The notes: a model not told the origin generated them from the letters alone. Counted from the stretch's first letter, positions 1 through 8,630 are shown. The stretch: 64,000 bases of DNA from an uncultured virus (IMG/VR IMGVR_UViG_2513020035_000002) (IMGVR_UViG_2513020035_000002); one strand, 5' to 3'. Numbers and translations: made by a program.

Positions 1-213
1 TTACACTTTAGTAATCTCCTCCACTATATATTGCTCTTTCACTCTCTTGCAGGTACATACAAAGTATTCCGGATGTTTCAGGGCTCCTTCTAAAGTGTCA
101 GGAAGAATCATCTCTTTGGTATGTCTATCCATTGCCACTGTTGCATATAGAATACCTTCATTCTTGCATCTCTCAATTAATGCACTTTTTAGTTCTTCTA
201 CGCTATATTCCAT
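1..213 (-). CDS. hypothetical protein (70 aa)
   Basis: Complete ORF with TAACTTTG (-7-like) upstream on the minus strand at 236-243. Confidence 0.6.
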   Translation of the reverse strand: MEYSVEELKSALIERCKNEGILYATVAMDRHTKEMILPDTLEGALKHPEYFVCTCKRVKEQYIVEEITKV

Positions 214-351
214 TTGTGTGAAACTTTATCGCTGCAAAGTTATGGAAAATATGTATATTTTGTGCAATAATATTCCTGTAATCGATCAAAAAAATCGTTC
301 TTTGACTGGTTCACCACTTCTTTTTCATATCTTTGTCGATAAAAACAGGTT

Positions 352-1044
352 ATGATAATAAATACAATGAGCATTGAGGAAATGCAGACAGAGGTTGAAA
401 AGGATTCTAATGCTCTTTATGCTAAAATACGACATTTAGGCGAAGAAAACAGGCGTTTTTATATTAAATCTACAAAGTTTCCTGCATATAAAACATTTAA
501 ATGGACCTCTCGGATAACTAACAATGAATGGAACATTATTATATTGGCAAGAGATAAAAAGGAAACACCACATCCGGCTTTTATTCCCTACGTAAAATAT
601 CAGTCTTATGGAGTTGGCGTTGTGTATATGCGTCCTGTTGACGAGAGAATACTGACTATCACTTATACTCCTCATCTCTTTCATCGCTATCGTGAAAGAT
701 ATTTAGGTGAATCGGGAAATGGTTTGACTACCGACGAAATAATAAATGATATGTTTATTCATAGTTCCATACCTACTTATGACTTTACATCAGCAAAAGA
801 TAAATTTGTTATTCATATCGCTCAAGGACTCATTCTAGGAGATTACAACGATGATCGTACTCGTTTAACAGCTAAGACATTTGTGGCAAAGGATATGCTG
901 TTTAGTTCTCAAGAATCTGTTGATAGTGAAGCCGTTGAAATGATAGAACTTATAAAGAAATCAGTTCAATATAAAACGAATCAAAAATCACCTTATGGGG
1001 TTGACGGTATAACAGGAGAAATATTTGAGGCGCGATTATTCTAA
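352..1044 (+). CDS. hypothetical accessory protein (230 aa)
   Basis: Long ORF; TATCTTTG at 328-335 just upstream. Confidence 0.7.
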   Translation: MIINTMSIEEMQTEVEKDSNALYAKIRHLGEENRRFYIKSTKFPAYKTFKWTSRITNNEWNIIILARDKKETPHPAFIPYVKYQSYGVGVVYMRPVDERILTITYTPHLFHRYRERYLGESGNGLTTDEIINDMFIHSSIPTYDFTSAKDKFVIHIAQGLILGDYNDDRTRLTAKTFVAKDMLFSSQESVDSEAVEMIELIKKSVQYKTNQKSPYGVDGITGEIFEARLF

Positions 1045-1160
1045 ACCATGGCGAAGTAAGTTAGATTGTCGCAATGTAATTCATGATGGAAGATGAGTTT
1101 GATATAAAGACTACTAAGATCAACTTTTGGTATAAGATGCTGATTTTTCAGTATATAAAA

Positions 1161-1196
1161 ATAGCTCCCTAGTTCGTCCGCCGACGAGGGAGCTAT
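1161..1196. terminator. hairpin, possible terminator
   Basis: ATAGCTCCCT...AGGGAGCTAT inverted repeat. Confidence 0.4.
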
Positions 1197-1446
1197 CAAC
1201 ACAAAAACTAAACTANNNNNNNNNNNNNNNNNNNNNNNNNNNNNNNNNNNNNNNNNNNNNNNNNGACACATTTTTGGAAATCTAGTTGTATATTCTGTGT
1301 ATCAATTATATAGTCCTGCTTTTTTTTATGGTTCGACCATAATTCGACCATTTGATGTTTTATGTACTATCAAGATTTCTATATTTCATATTTTATATTA
1401 CTTTAAATATTATATTTACGCATTGTCAAACTAAAATAGTGCGTTT

Positions 1447-1829
1447 ATGAAATCGTTATTAAAAAATGTCCTAAGAAGGATAAGTAAAAAACAATCTTCT
1501 AAAGAAGATAATGCAACAGCCTTTTATCCCCAGTGTTGTGCNNNNNNNNNNNNNNNNNNNNNNNNNNNNNNNNNNNNNNNNNNNNNAAAGTGGATGATTC
1601 CGCTCGTATGCGTATAAAAATGTCTTATGACCAAAATGTAAAAGAAACTATATCAAGCTTGAAAACACTTGCTAATGATATGTCTAGTGGCTTTGTTACT
1701 TTTAAAAAGTTTCAGACTAGGCGTTATCAATACAACCCGGATGCAGATGCAACTCTATATGCTTCAAGACTGCTTCGTGCAGCTTCTATATTGGAGTTCC
1801 TATTAACTGATCCTGATAATAAATCTTAG
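1447..1829 (+). CDS. hypothetical protein interrupted by N run
   Basis: ATG 1447 (MKSLLKNV) joined across the Ns to ORF ending 1829. Confidence 0.5.
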
Positions 1830-2332
1830 AGATTCATTTTTTCAGCTAGAGCAGAGAGCCCTATCAGTAGTTCAGTTATATTTTTGGCTTTTCCGACAAC
1901 ATCATCAACTTTCGCTGCTGTATCAGGGCTTAACTCCTTTTCTAATCGTTCTAGCTGCATTTGAAATGTATCAAAACTTAATATATATAAGTCTCTTTCA
2001 ACAGTGAATCCCCCTTTTTCTGCAAAATTNNNNNNNNNNNNNNNNNNNNNNNNNNNNNNNNNNNNNNNNAATATTTCAAAATTCAACGTAAGATATTCAA
2101 TACCATATCCTTTATAGTCAATAAATCTCCTATTTTTGAACTCCTCTAAAACTATTTCATATTGTTCTTTACTGATCCTAAGGTCTGGTATATCTTTATA
2201 ATTTAGTTTAGCTGTTCTTTTCCCGTTTGCTACAACCAAAATATAATTTAATACTTTATCCTTCTCTTCAGCTGTTATAACTAAAGGATATTCTCTTTCA
2301 TCTTTTGGGAGTACAGTTCTAATTGGGCGCAT
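1826..2332 (-). CDS. hypothetical protein
   Basis: ORF in the repressor-side operon. Confidence 0.65.
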   Translation of the reverse strand: MRPIRTVLPKDEREYPLVITAEEKDKVLNYILVVANGKRTAKLNYKDIPDLRISKEQYEIVLEEFKNRRFIDYKGYGIEYLTLNFEIXXXXXXXXXXXXXXNFAEKGGFTVERDLYILSFDTFQMQLERLEKELSPDTAAKVDDVVGKAKNITELLIGLSALAEKMNL

Positions 2333-2352
2333 ATTTGAAAAAAATATTTATT

Positions 2353-2739
2353 CTATTGTTTATATAGTTTCATTCTAGTATCACTGTAATACATTATATC
2401 TTTTTCTATTTCGCAGGGAATTGTTAAGTTGTCTTTTTCTACTATTAGATTCACTATATTGTTATTTATAGAGTATTTACCTGATACCGTTTCTTTCCAT
2501 TCATATTCTAAATCCTCATTATCATCTGCAACATTATATATTGTGAAAGATTTTAAACCAAAAGATATAGCGAAGAAAGGTCTTAAATAAGGAGTTCCTT
2601 CTTCAAACGACAATCGAGTTTTGCCATACCAATCTTTTGTAGAAGTCCATGTTGTTCCTGCTAAGTTAATACTGTCATCAGAACATGAGCTAAATATCAG
2701 TACTAATAAAAGGGGTAGTATAAAAAAAGTCTTTTTCAT
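2353..2739 (-). CDS. lipoprotein, possible superinfection exclusion
   Basis: Signal peptide with lipobox-like FSSC followed by SDD; directly downstream of the repressor. Confidence 0.7.
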   Translation of the reverse strand: MKKTFFILPLLLVLIFSSCSDDSINLAGTTWTSTKDWYGKTRLSFEEGTPYLRPFFAISFGLKSFTIYNVADDNEDLEYEWKETVSGKYSINNNIVNLIVEKDNLTIPCEIEKDIMYYSDTRMKLYKQ

Positions 2740-2749
2740 ACATATATAT

Positions 2750-3136
2750 TTATCCTATATTTCGTTCATTCTTCAACATAGCCAGTTCACCCTTTAATTT
2801 TTGGTTTTCTTCCAAAAGCCGTTGGGTAAGCATTGTCTTCTCATTGATTTCATCCTGCAAATTGGCTATGGTATATACAATACTTTTCAATTTGTCCATT
2901 CCTGGTTCTGTTTCTTCTTTTTGAATGAGCATGGAACCAGTTCCTCTTAACAACCATTCAGCGGAAATTTCCTCAAATGAGGATGAAATTGCTATTATTG
3001 TTGCAAGGCTAATTTCTCTTTTTCCTATCAGTTGATTATTAATAGTTGTGGGCTTTAATCCACACTTAATAGCAAATCCCCTCTCTGATAGCCCTGAATA
3101 GGTTATTACTTCTTTAATTCTGTTTATCATAATCAA
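2750..3136 (-). CDS. XRE/CI-like HTH repressor
   Basis: LSERGFAIKCGLKPTTINNQL HTH and ISAEWLLRGTG motif; divergent from the lytic genes. Confidence 0.85.
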   Translation of the reverse strand: MIMINRIKEVITYSGLSERGFAIKCGLKPTTINNQLIGKREISLATIIAISSSFEEISAEWLLRGTGSMLIQKEETEPGMDKLKSIVYTIANLQDEINEKTMLTQRLLEENQKLKGELAMLKNERNIG

Positions 3137-3147
3137 TCAAAAGTTAA

Positions 3148-3214
3148 ATATCCACAAATGGGGATATAAAATAGGTTTTAAATTTTTAAATATCCACATT
3201 TGAGGATATATTTG
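3148..3214. promoter_or_regulatory. two palindromic operators and rightward -7 element
   Basis: ATATCCACAAATGGGGATAT (3148-3167), ATATCCACATTTGAGGATAT (3190-3209); TATATTTG at 3207-3214. Confidence 0.75.
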
Positions 3215-3283
3215 CATCATAAATCAATCAATCATACAAACATACAAAAATTGATTGATAAAACCAATTAAAAAATAACGATT

Positions 3284-3577
3284 ATGAGCTACAATTTATC
3301 ACAAATAATGAAGTCTGCACACCGCAATTACAAGAAGGGTGGAAAAACATTTTCAGAGTGTTTAAAATCTGCATGGAGCTTCGCAAAACTCCAAGAAAGT
3401 TTCTCACCGGAAGCAGTGAAATCAAGAACTGATAAATTTTTAGCTGAAAGACATGAAGCTATGAGCAAGACTGCCAAAGCTACACTTAGCAAGGAATATA
3501 ATAACCTTAATATTCCCGCTTCCGCTTACTACAACCCAAATAGTACTCATTACGGTGCACATTACGTCGGAGATTAA
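3284..3577 (+). CDS. early phage protein
   Basis: First ORF after the divergent promoter. Confidence 0.75.
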   Translation: MSYNLSQIMKSAHRNYKKGGKTFSECLKSAWSFAKLQESFSPEAVKSRTDKFLAERHEAMSKTAKATLSKEYNNLNIPASAYYNPNSTHYGAHYVGD

Positions 3578-3592
3578 TCAAATTATACAACA

Positions 3593-3829
3593 ATGGATAA
3601 AAGAACCGAACTAGAAATACAGCGAGACAAATATGAAGCTGTGATTGAAGAACGAGACGCGTTGATCAGCTCTTTGAGAGGTGAAAATGAAAAACTCAAA
3701 CGAGATTTAGAATCAGAACGTGGATTTTATAGAGAGAAAGTTTCCCAATGTGATGATTTGAAGAAATTTATTGAATCGCAACGAAACTTAATGGACATAG
3801 TTTTGAAGAACAACCAAAGTATTCTCTAA
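3593..3829 (+). CDS. coiled-coil hypothetical protein
   Basis: Heptad-rich 78 aa ORF. Confidence 0.7.
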   Translation: MDKRTELEIQRDKYEAVIEERDALISSLRGENEKLKRDLESERGFYREKVSQCDDLKKFIESQRNLMDIVLKNNQSIL

Positions 3830-4141
3830 CCCTCACTAAAGTCAAACCAACCCGCCGGTTATCCGGTACCCAGTCCGGTCTTTGAGCCTGCCCTTGAAGG
3901 GAGACTGGGAACAACAGAGAAGAGTTCTTTGACATATTGGTAAAATGGTGTTTTGGAAGCCGACACGTGCCGAAAGGGATTACTGACGTAGGCGGGCTTC
4001 TCAACGATATAATGCTGTGGTTAATGGTCAAGCCGTATCGTTGTAAAACTAAATCAGTTAGACGNNNNNNNNNNNNNNNNNNNNNNNNNNNNNNNNNNNN
4101 NNNNTGTCGGCAAATCGTGGCATTTGCTTTATGTATATAAA

Positions 4142-4212
4142 GGTGATGTAGCTTAGTTGGTTAGAGCGTATGTTTTTACATGAGGTCGGCGGTTCGAATC
4201 CGCCCATCACTT
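4142..4212 (+). ncRNA. tRNA-like RNA with a 4-nt anticodon loop
   Basis: Acceptor GGTGATG/CATCACT; D arm GCTTAGTTGGTTAGAGC; T arm GGCGG-TTCGAAT-CCGCC; anticodon arm TATGT-TTTT-ACATG. Confidence 0.75.
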
Positions 4213-4435
4213 CAATGTTTAATTCTTAAATATAGAATATGAAAGTTGTAAGAAAAATGATAGTTGCGTATCGTTATAAAAAGATGCATTTCTTCACGCA
4301 ATACGCAACTACGATTATTCAATTCACTGTACCTGATCGCAATCATCCTATATGTACGACTGATGCTGAAGTTAAAGATAAGATTTTTTGTGCTACGAAA
4401 CATCGAGTTATAGAGATAATTGCTTCATGCAGTAT

Positions 4436-5257
4436 TTAGATTAATTCAACTTGAATGTTATATCTTGTTTTAATATTCTCTTTTAATTTAATCATATAAT
4501 CTCTATTTGATTTGCTTTGTACAAGGCTGTATAATTGAATACCAGCATTAGTCAAGCCAAAAGATTGAAATTCAATAGTGTGTTTTCTATGCGGAAGTGT
4601 AATTGTTAAGGAACTCCCTTTTATTTCAATCTCTTCTTCGTCTATAGAATAAATACATTCAGCTTCTGTAAACAAACCACAATCACATAGAGATAGGAAT
4701 TGGCTGTATGGATAAATTTTTTTCTCAAATAAAAAGCGAGGGACAATACGATTGTTAAGTATGAATGGACATATTTCAACGAACCATTTTGCCTCATTGA
4801 CTTCTATATGTTTTAGAACAAATAATGTTCTTTTATTATATGTGTTTGGTGATTTGATTTCACCGGCTAAAATTCTAGACCACAATGTTTTAGCTTCATC
4901 ATCAGAGATGTCTTTTGCATAATCAAAGAATTGTGATGCCCAATCTACATTAACAGGTTCATCTGATACATTCTCAATTATAGCCAATTCTTCGGCTGCC
5001 ATTGAATATATATCAGCTATATTATTACATTGTCTTTGCTCTCTAATTGACTTTACAGAGTCGATTGTAGTTGAAAGAAGAGCTTGTTTCATCTGTAGTT
5101 TCATATCTAAATTGCAGTTAAGCTCTTTTACTTCTCGTTCAGCTTTTGCTATTCTTTTTATTTGATACGGTTTGAAAAGCCCTGTGCAACCGTTACTAAA
5201 TGTTTCAATAAGTTTTACTAAGGGTTCGGAAAGTCCGACTAAATCTTTTATTTCCAT
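4436..5257 (-). CDS. DUF2806-like moron protein
   Basis: DWASQFFDYAKDISD...LWSRILAGEI motif; own TATTTTTG element at 5286-5293 (minus). Confidence 0.7.
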   Translation of the reverse strand: MEIKDLVGLSEPLVKLIETFSNGCTGLFKPYQIKRIAKAEREVKELNCNLDMKLQMKQALLSTTIDSVKSIREQRQCNNIADIYSMAAEELAIIENVSDEPVNVDWASQFFDYAKDISDDEAKTLWSRILAGEIKSPNTYNKRTLFVLKHIEVNEAKWFVEICPFILNNRIVPRFLFEKKIYPYSQFLSLCDCGLFTEAECIYSIDEEEIEIKGSSLTITLPHRKHTIEFQSFGLTNAGIQLYSLVQSKSNRDYMIKLKENIKTRYNIQVELI

Positions 5258-5761
5258 AATAATAAATTTAAAAATTCGACAATGACAAAAATATAAATAA
5301 AAATGAAAGGGCATACCCGTTTTTGATTATAAATTTAAAATTCGACACTTTATTTTTATTAGGGTGTGTCCTTTATTNNNNNNNNNNNNNNNNNNNNNNN
5401 NNNNNNNNNNNNNNNAGCATTTGAAAGGACAAGTTTTTGAAATAATAAACACCCCCACAGTATTGTTTAGGTTATTATCACTAAAATATAATTTACTTAT
5501 TTGTTTATGAAATTTCCCCAATTTATCAGCAAATACTTAGTCAGGAAAATTAAGATGTGAGTCATTGAGGAAACACAACTTTACGGTGGTTACTGAGAAA
5601 TAACCTCCTTTATTGTAAATGCACCTTTGAAAGAGTGGCGCATCCGATTGTGGTATGTCACTCATTTCAAAGATGAATATGGCTCAGGCGATAAGCCTGA
5701 TTGGGAACGGTTATTGGCTTATCTCACTCATTGAGTAGTCCCATTAATTAATAACATATTT

Positions 5762-5959
5762 ATGATTCAAGTAACAATTAGAAACGATAGTAATGAGAAT
5801 TTGGAAGATGACACATTCTCATTACGTGTAGAGAATATGCCGATAAAATCAGCTAAAGTAGTAGCCGAAAAGCTTCCTGCTATGATACAGAAAGCTTTTC
5901 GGGATTATGCAGATTGTAAAGTCGGGTTTAATCGAGATAAAAAGAGAGATGATAAATAA
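5762..5959 (+). CDS. hypothetical protein
   Basis: 65 aa ORF. Confidence 0.55.
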   Translation: MIQVTIRNDSNENLEDDTFSLRVENMPIKSAKVVAEKLPAMIQKAFRDYADCKVGFNRDKKRDDK

Positions 5960-6105
5960 ATTTCTTCACTTAATTTTTGATTATACACCCCAAAGTTAAG
6001 TAAATCCTCCGAATAAAGCGTGATGCTGCCGATCGAATTGGTTCGGGGGAGCTTTTATTTTANNNNNNNNNNNNNNNNNNNNNNNNNNNNNNNNNNNNNN
6101 NNNNN

Positions 6106-6312
6106 ATGGAAAAAGAAATAGAAAGACGCAGTATAATCAATGTTTTGCGAAACATGGACGTTGGTGCAATAGAAGTATTTCCTATCATTCAAAAAACGTC
6201 TGTTACTTACACTTTAAATGCTCGGCTTTATAAAGAAAAAGCTGAAGGAATGGTTTGGAAAACAAAGTCAGATGTAAAAAATATGCAGTTTATAGTAACC
6301 AGAATTGCATAA
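6106..6312 (+). CDS. small phage protein, possibly DNA-binding
   Basis: 68 aa basic ORF. Confidence 0.6.
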   Translation: MEKEIERRSIINVLRNMDVGAIEVFPIIQKTSVTYTLNARLYKEKAEGMVWKTKSDVKNMQFIVTRIA

Positions 6313-6329
6313 CTACCTTGCTTGTTGAG

Positions 6330-6584
6330 ATGATCAGAGGTGAAATGGCTGAAATATTGCTAGATAATATTCTCCGTCTGTTTTCTACAGAAACGTTTGG
6401 AAAAGATAAGTCTGCGTATTATGTAGGTGGGGAAAAGAAATTGATGAATCTTATAGAAGCGGGTAAGATTGAAAGTGATAAGCCTGTAAATGCTCAAAAT
6501 GGTAAATGGCACTGTAATGCTGCTCAGGTATTACTTCATTGCCGATGCGCTAAGAAAGTCAAACTTAAAAAACGGAAGAAATGA
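6330..6584 (+). CDS. excisionase-like/winged-HTH small protein
   Basis: SAYYVGGEKKLMNLIEAGKI resembles a Xis-like HTH; start uncertain. Confidence 0.5.
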   Translation: MIRGEMAEILLDNILRLFSTETFGKDKSAYYVGGEKKLMNLIEAGKIESDKPVNAQNGKWHCNAAQVLLHCRCAKKVKLKKRKK

Positions 6585-6772
6585 AAACATTGAAAATCGT
6601 TCATAACATTTTTACAGTGGTTGCCTTATTGGTAGCTATGTATATAGGTGGGGGAATCGAAGCTACAAGAAGTGATATCGCTTGGTCATATATCATATTC
6701 TTCGTAGTCGTTGTACTATTGGTTACTAGATTTATCTATGAAGATAAGAAACAAAATAAAAATAGCCTGTGA
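6581..6772 (+). CDS. small membrane protein
   Basis: Two hydrophobic segments. Confidence 0.7.
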   Translation: MKTLKIVHNIFTVVALLVAMYIGGGIEATRSDIAWSYIIFFVVVVLLVTRFIYEDKKQNKNSL

Positions 6773-6828
6773 AGGTCAACATTGCTTAATTTTAGTATTA
6801 GCCAATTAGCCCGGTTCTCCGGGCATCT

Positions 6829-6899
6829 GCCGGGATAGCCCAGTTGGTTAGAGCGCATGTTTCTACATGAGGTCAGCGGTTCGAATCTGTTTCCCGGCT
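6829..6899 (+). ncRNA. tRNA-like RNA with a 4-nt anticodon loop
   Basis: Acceptor GCCGGGA/TCCCGGC; D arm; CATGT-TTCT-ACATG; T arm AGCGG-TTCGAAT-CTGTT. Confidence 0.75.
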
Positions 6900-6991
6900 C
6901 AACTCAATCAGAGTTAAGTAACCCGTGAGGGTGAAAATATATTTGCATTATATATACAATCAATGTAGCCGGAAGCGTCTGGCTACGACCT

Positions 6992-7089
6992 GAAGGAATG
7001 GCGGAATTGGTAAACGCAAGTATGCAGATAGATTGAAGAAAGTCATACATAGGTAATCTATCATCCCGGTTCGAGTCCGGGTTCCTTCA
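6992..7089 (+). ncRNA. tRNA-like RNA with Leu-type D arm and replaced anticodon domain
   Basis: Acceptor GAAGGAA/TTCCTTC; GGCGGAATTGGTAAACGC; T arm CCCGG-TTCGAGT-CCGGG. Confidence 0.7.
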
Positions 7090-7355
7090 CAGAGAATTTT
7101 TCTTTTTATGTTTAACTAATGTTGCCAGCGAAAAGGACGCTGTAGGGTTAAAGCCCCTGTTATTTGAGTTTTAATTGTTCTATACTATTCCGGTGTGCTT
7201 TGAACGGCTATCCGGAAGCAAGAAGCTCGTGAGAGTGCTATTTAATAGTTAATGTCGTGTNNNNNNNNNNNNNNNNNNNNNNNNNNNNNNNNNNNNNNNT
7301 TTATTTTGTGTTTGTGTTCTAGGTGAATGGTTCGTGAGAATAGTTCACTTAAAAC

Positions 7356-7422
7356 GGATGGCTGGTGTAATTGGCAGCATACGCAGATATGCGTGATGTG
7401 GGTTCGATCCCCACGCCATTCA
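7356..7422 (+). ncRNA. tRNA-like RNA with a 4-nt anticodon loop
   Basis: Acceptor GGATGGC/GCCATTC; ACGCA-GATA-TGCGT; T arm GTGGG-TTCGATC-CCCAC. Confidence 0.7.
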
Positions 7423-7523
7423 CCCTTCTGATCCTAATTAAATTATAGTAGTTCATGAGTTTTGTTTTGTGTTTGTGATTGGGGTGTATGGTCTGTGAAG
7501 ATAGTGCACCTTTTTAATTAATC

Positions 7524-7606
7524 GGGCGGATATGTATATCGTTGGTTGAAACTGCGGTGAGGTGCACCAATATTCCGTGAGACCGGTTCGACTCCGGTTC
7601 CGTCCA
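7524..7606 (+). ncRNA. tRNA-like RNA with acceptor and T arm only
   Basis: GGGCGGA/TCCGTCC-A; ACCGG-TTCGACT-CCGGT; no canonical D stem. Confidence 0.6.
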
Positions 7607-7701
7607 CTAGCATTTACATTATGTATAAATCAGGGAGCCGTACACCCTTCAAAGCGTAGCCGTTCCATAAGGTACATTGGATTATTCATTTTCTTATTTT
7701 T

Positions 7702-7732
7702 CTGCCTGTACAATATCGTACAGGCAGTTTTT
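7702..7732 (+). terminator. intrinsic terminator closing the ncRNA region
   Basis: CTGCCTGTAC-aatatc-GTACAGGCAG then TTTTT. Confidence 0.75.
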
Positions 7733-7740
7733 ACTACCTG

Positions 7741-7842
7741 AAAATGGCGTTAAAATGGCGAAGTTTCTGTTTGCTAAACTTGTCAATAACGATTACCTTT
7801 ACTGATGTAATGAGCTAAAAGTCAAACCATTAAATTAGAATT
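7741..7842 (+). promoter_or_regulatory. repeated ~100 bp promoter cassette, copy 1
   Basis: AAAATGGCG x2, TTTG-N20-TACCTTTA, AAGTCAAACC leader. Confidence 0.8.
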
Positions 7843-8625
7843 ATGACAGCGAGAAAAAACACTGTATCAACGGTTCAGAATGAAGAGAAGAAGAAAAATT
7901 CTATCAGACCGCTTCTAGCTTCTGAAATTGAATGTAGGGTTGGTACTATGAAACCGGACGGTTCGGGCTGCTCCTTGCTATTATACAAGGATGCTCGAGT
8001 AGACATGAGAATACTTGATGAAGTGTTCGGAGAAATGAACTGGAAACGGCACCATGATGTCGTTAATGGGAATCTATTCTGTACGTTGTCCATTTGGGAT
8101 AATGAAAAGAAGGAATGGGTGAGTAAACAGGATGTTGGGACAGAATCTAGCACAGAAAAAGAGAAAGGGCAGGCTTCGGACGCCTTTAAACGTGCAGGAT
8201 TTAACTGGGGAATTGGGCGTGAACTTTATACGGGTCCTTTCATTTGGATTCCACTTGAGAAAAATGAAATATATCAGAGCAAAACAGGTTCTCCTGCTCT
8301 ATACACCAAATTCAGTGTAAAAGAGATTGGTTATAACGAGCAAAAGGAGATTATTTTACTTGTTATTGTGGACAATAAAAACCGCGTTCGTTTTGCTTAT
8401 GGTAATACAAAGGAAAAAGTATATGCTCCCAATGTTTCTGCTTCAAACGCTTCGGGCAAAGTATATACTGGTGTAGACCTGGATCGTGCAATTAAACAAA
8501 TGACTGGTGTTAAAAGCCGCGAAGAGCTTGAGAGAGTTTGGGCTGAACATCCCGAACTTCACAATAATAAGGAGTTCAGAAACATAACTATTGACATGCA
8601 GAAAACGTATCCTCCTAGAAATTGA
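7843..8625 (+). CDS. Sak/Rad52-like ssDNA-annealing protein
   Basis: YKDARVDMRILDEVFG and KGQASDAFKRAGFNWGIGRELY. Confidence 0.8.
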   Translation: MTARKNTVSTVQNEEKKKNSIRPLLASEIECRVGTMKPDGSGCSLLLYKDARVDMRILDEVFGEMNWKRHHDVVNGNLFCTLSIWDNEKKEWVSKQDVGTESSTEKEKGQASDAFKRAGFNWGIGRELYTGPFIWIPLEKNEIYQSKTGSPALYTKFSVKEIGYNEQKEIILLVIVDNKNRVRFAYGNTKEKVYAPNVSASNASGKVYTGVDLDRAIKQMTGVKSREELERVWAEHPELHNNKEFRNITIDMQKTYPPRN

Positions 8626-8630
8626 TAATA

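Noticed and set aside
3768..4439. Short ORFs overlapping the structured leader and first tRNA mimic
   Set aside because: No motifs and they conflict with the RNA structure; probably spurious, although 4239-4439 cannot be excluded.
4142..7606. Calling the elements ordinary tRNAs with an amino-acid identity
   Set aside because: No 7-nt anticodon loop can be drawn in any of them.
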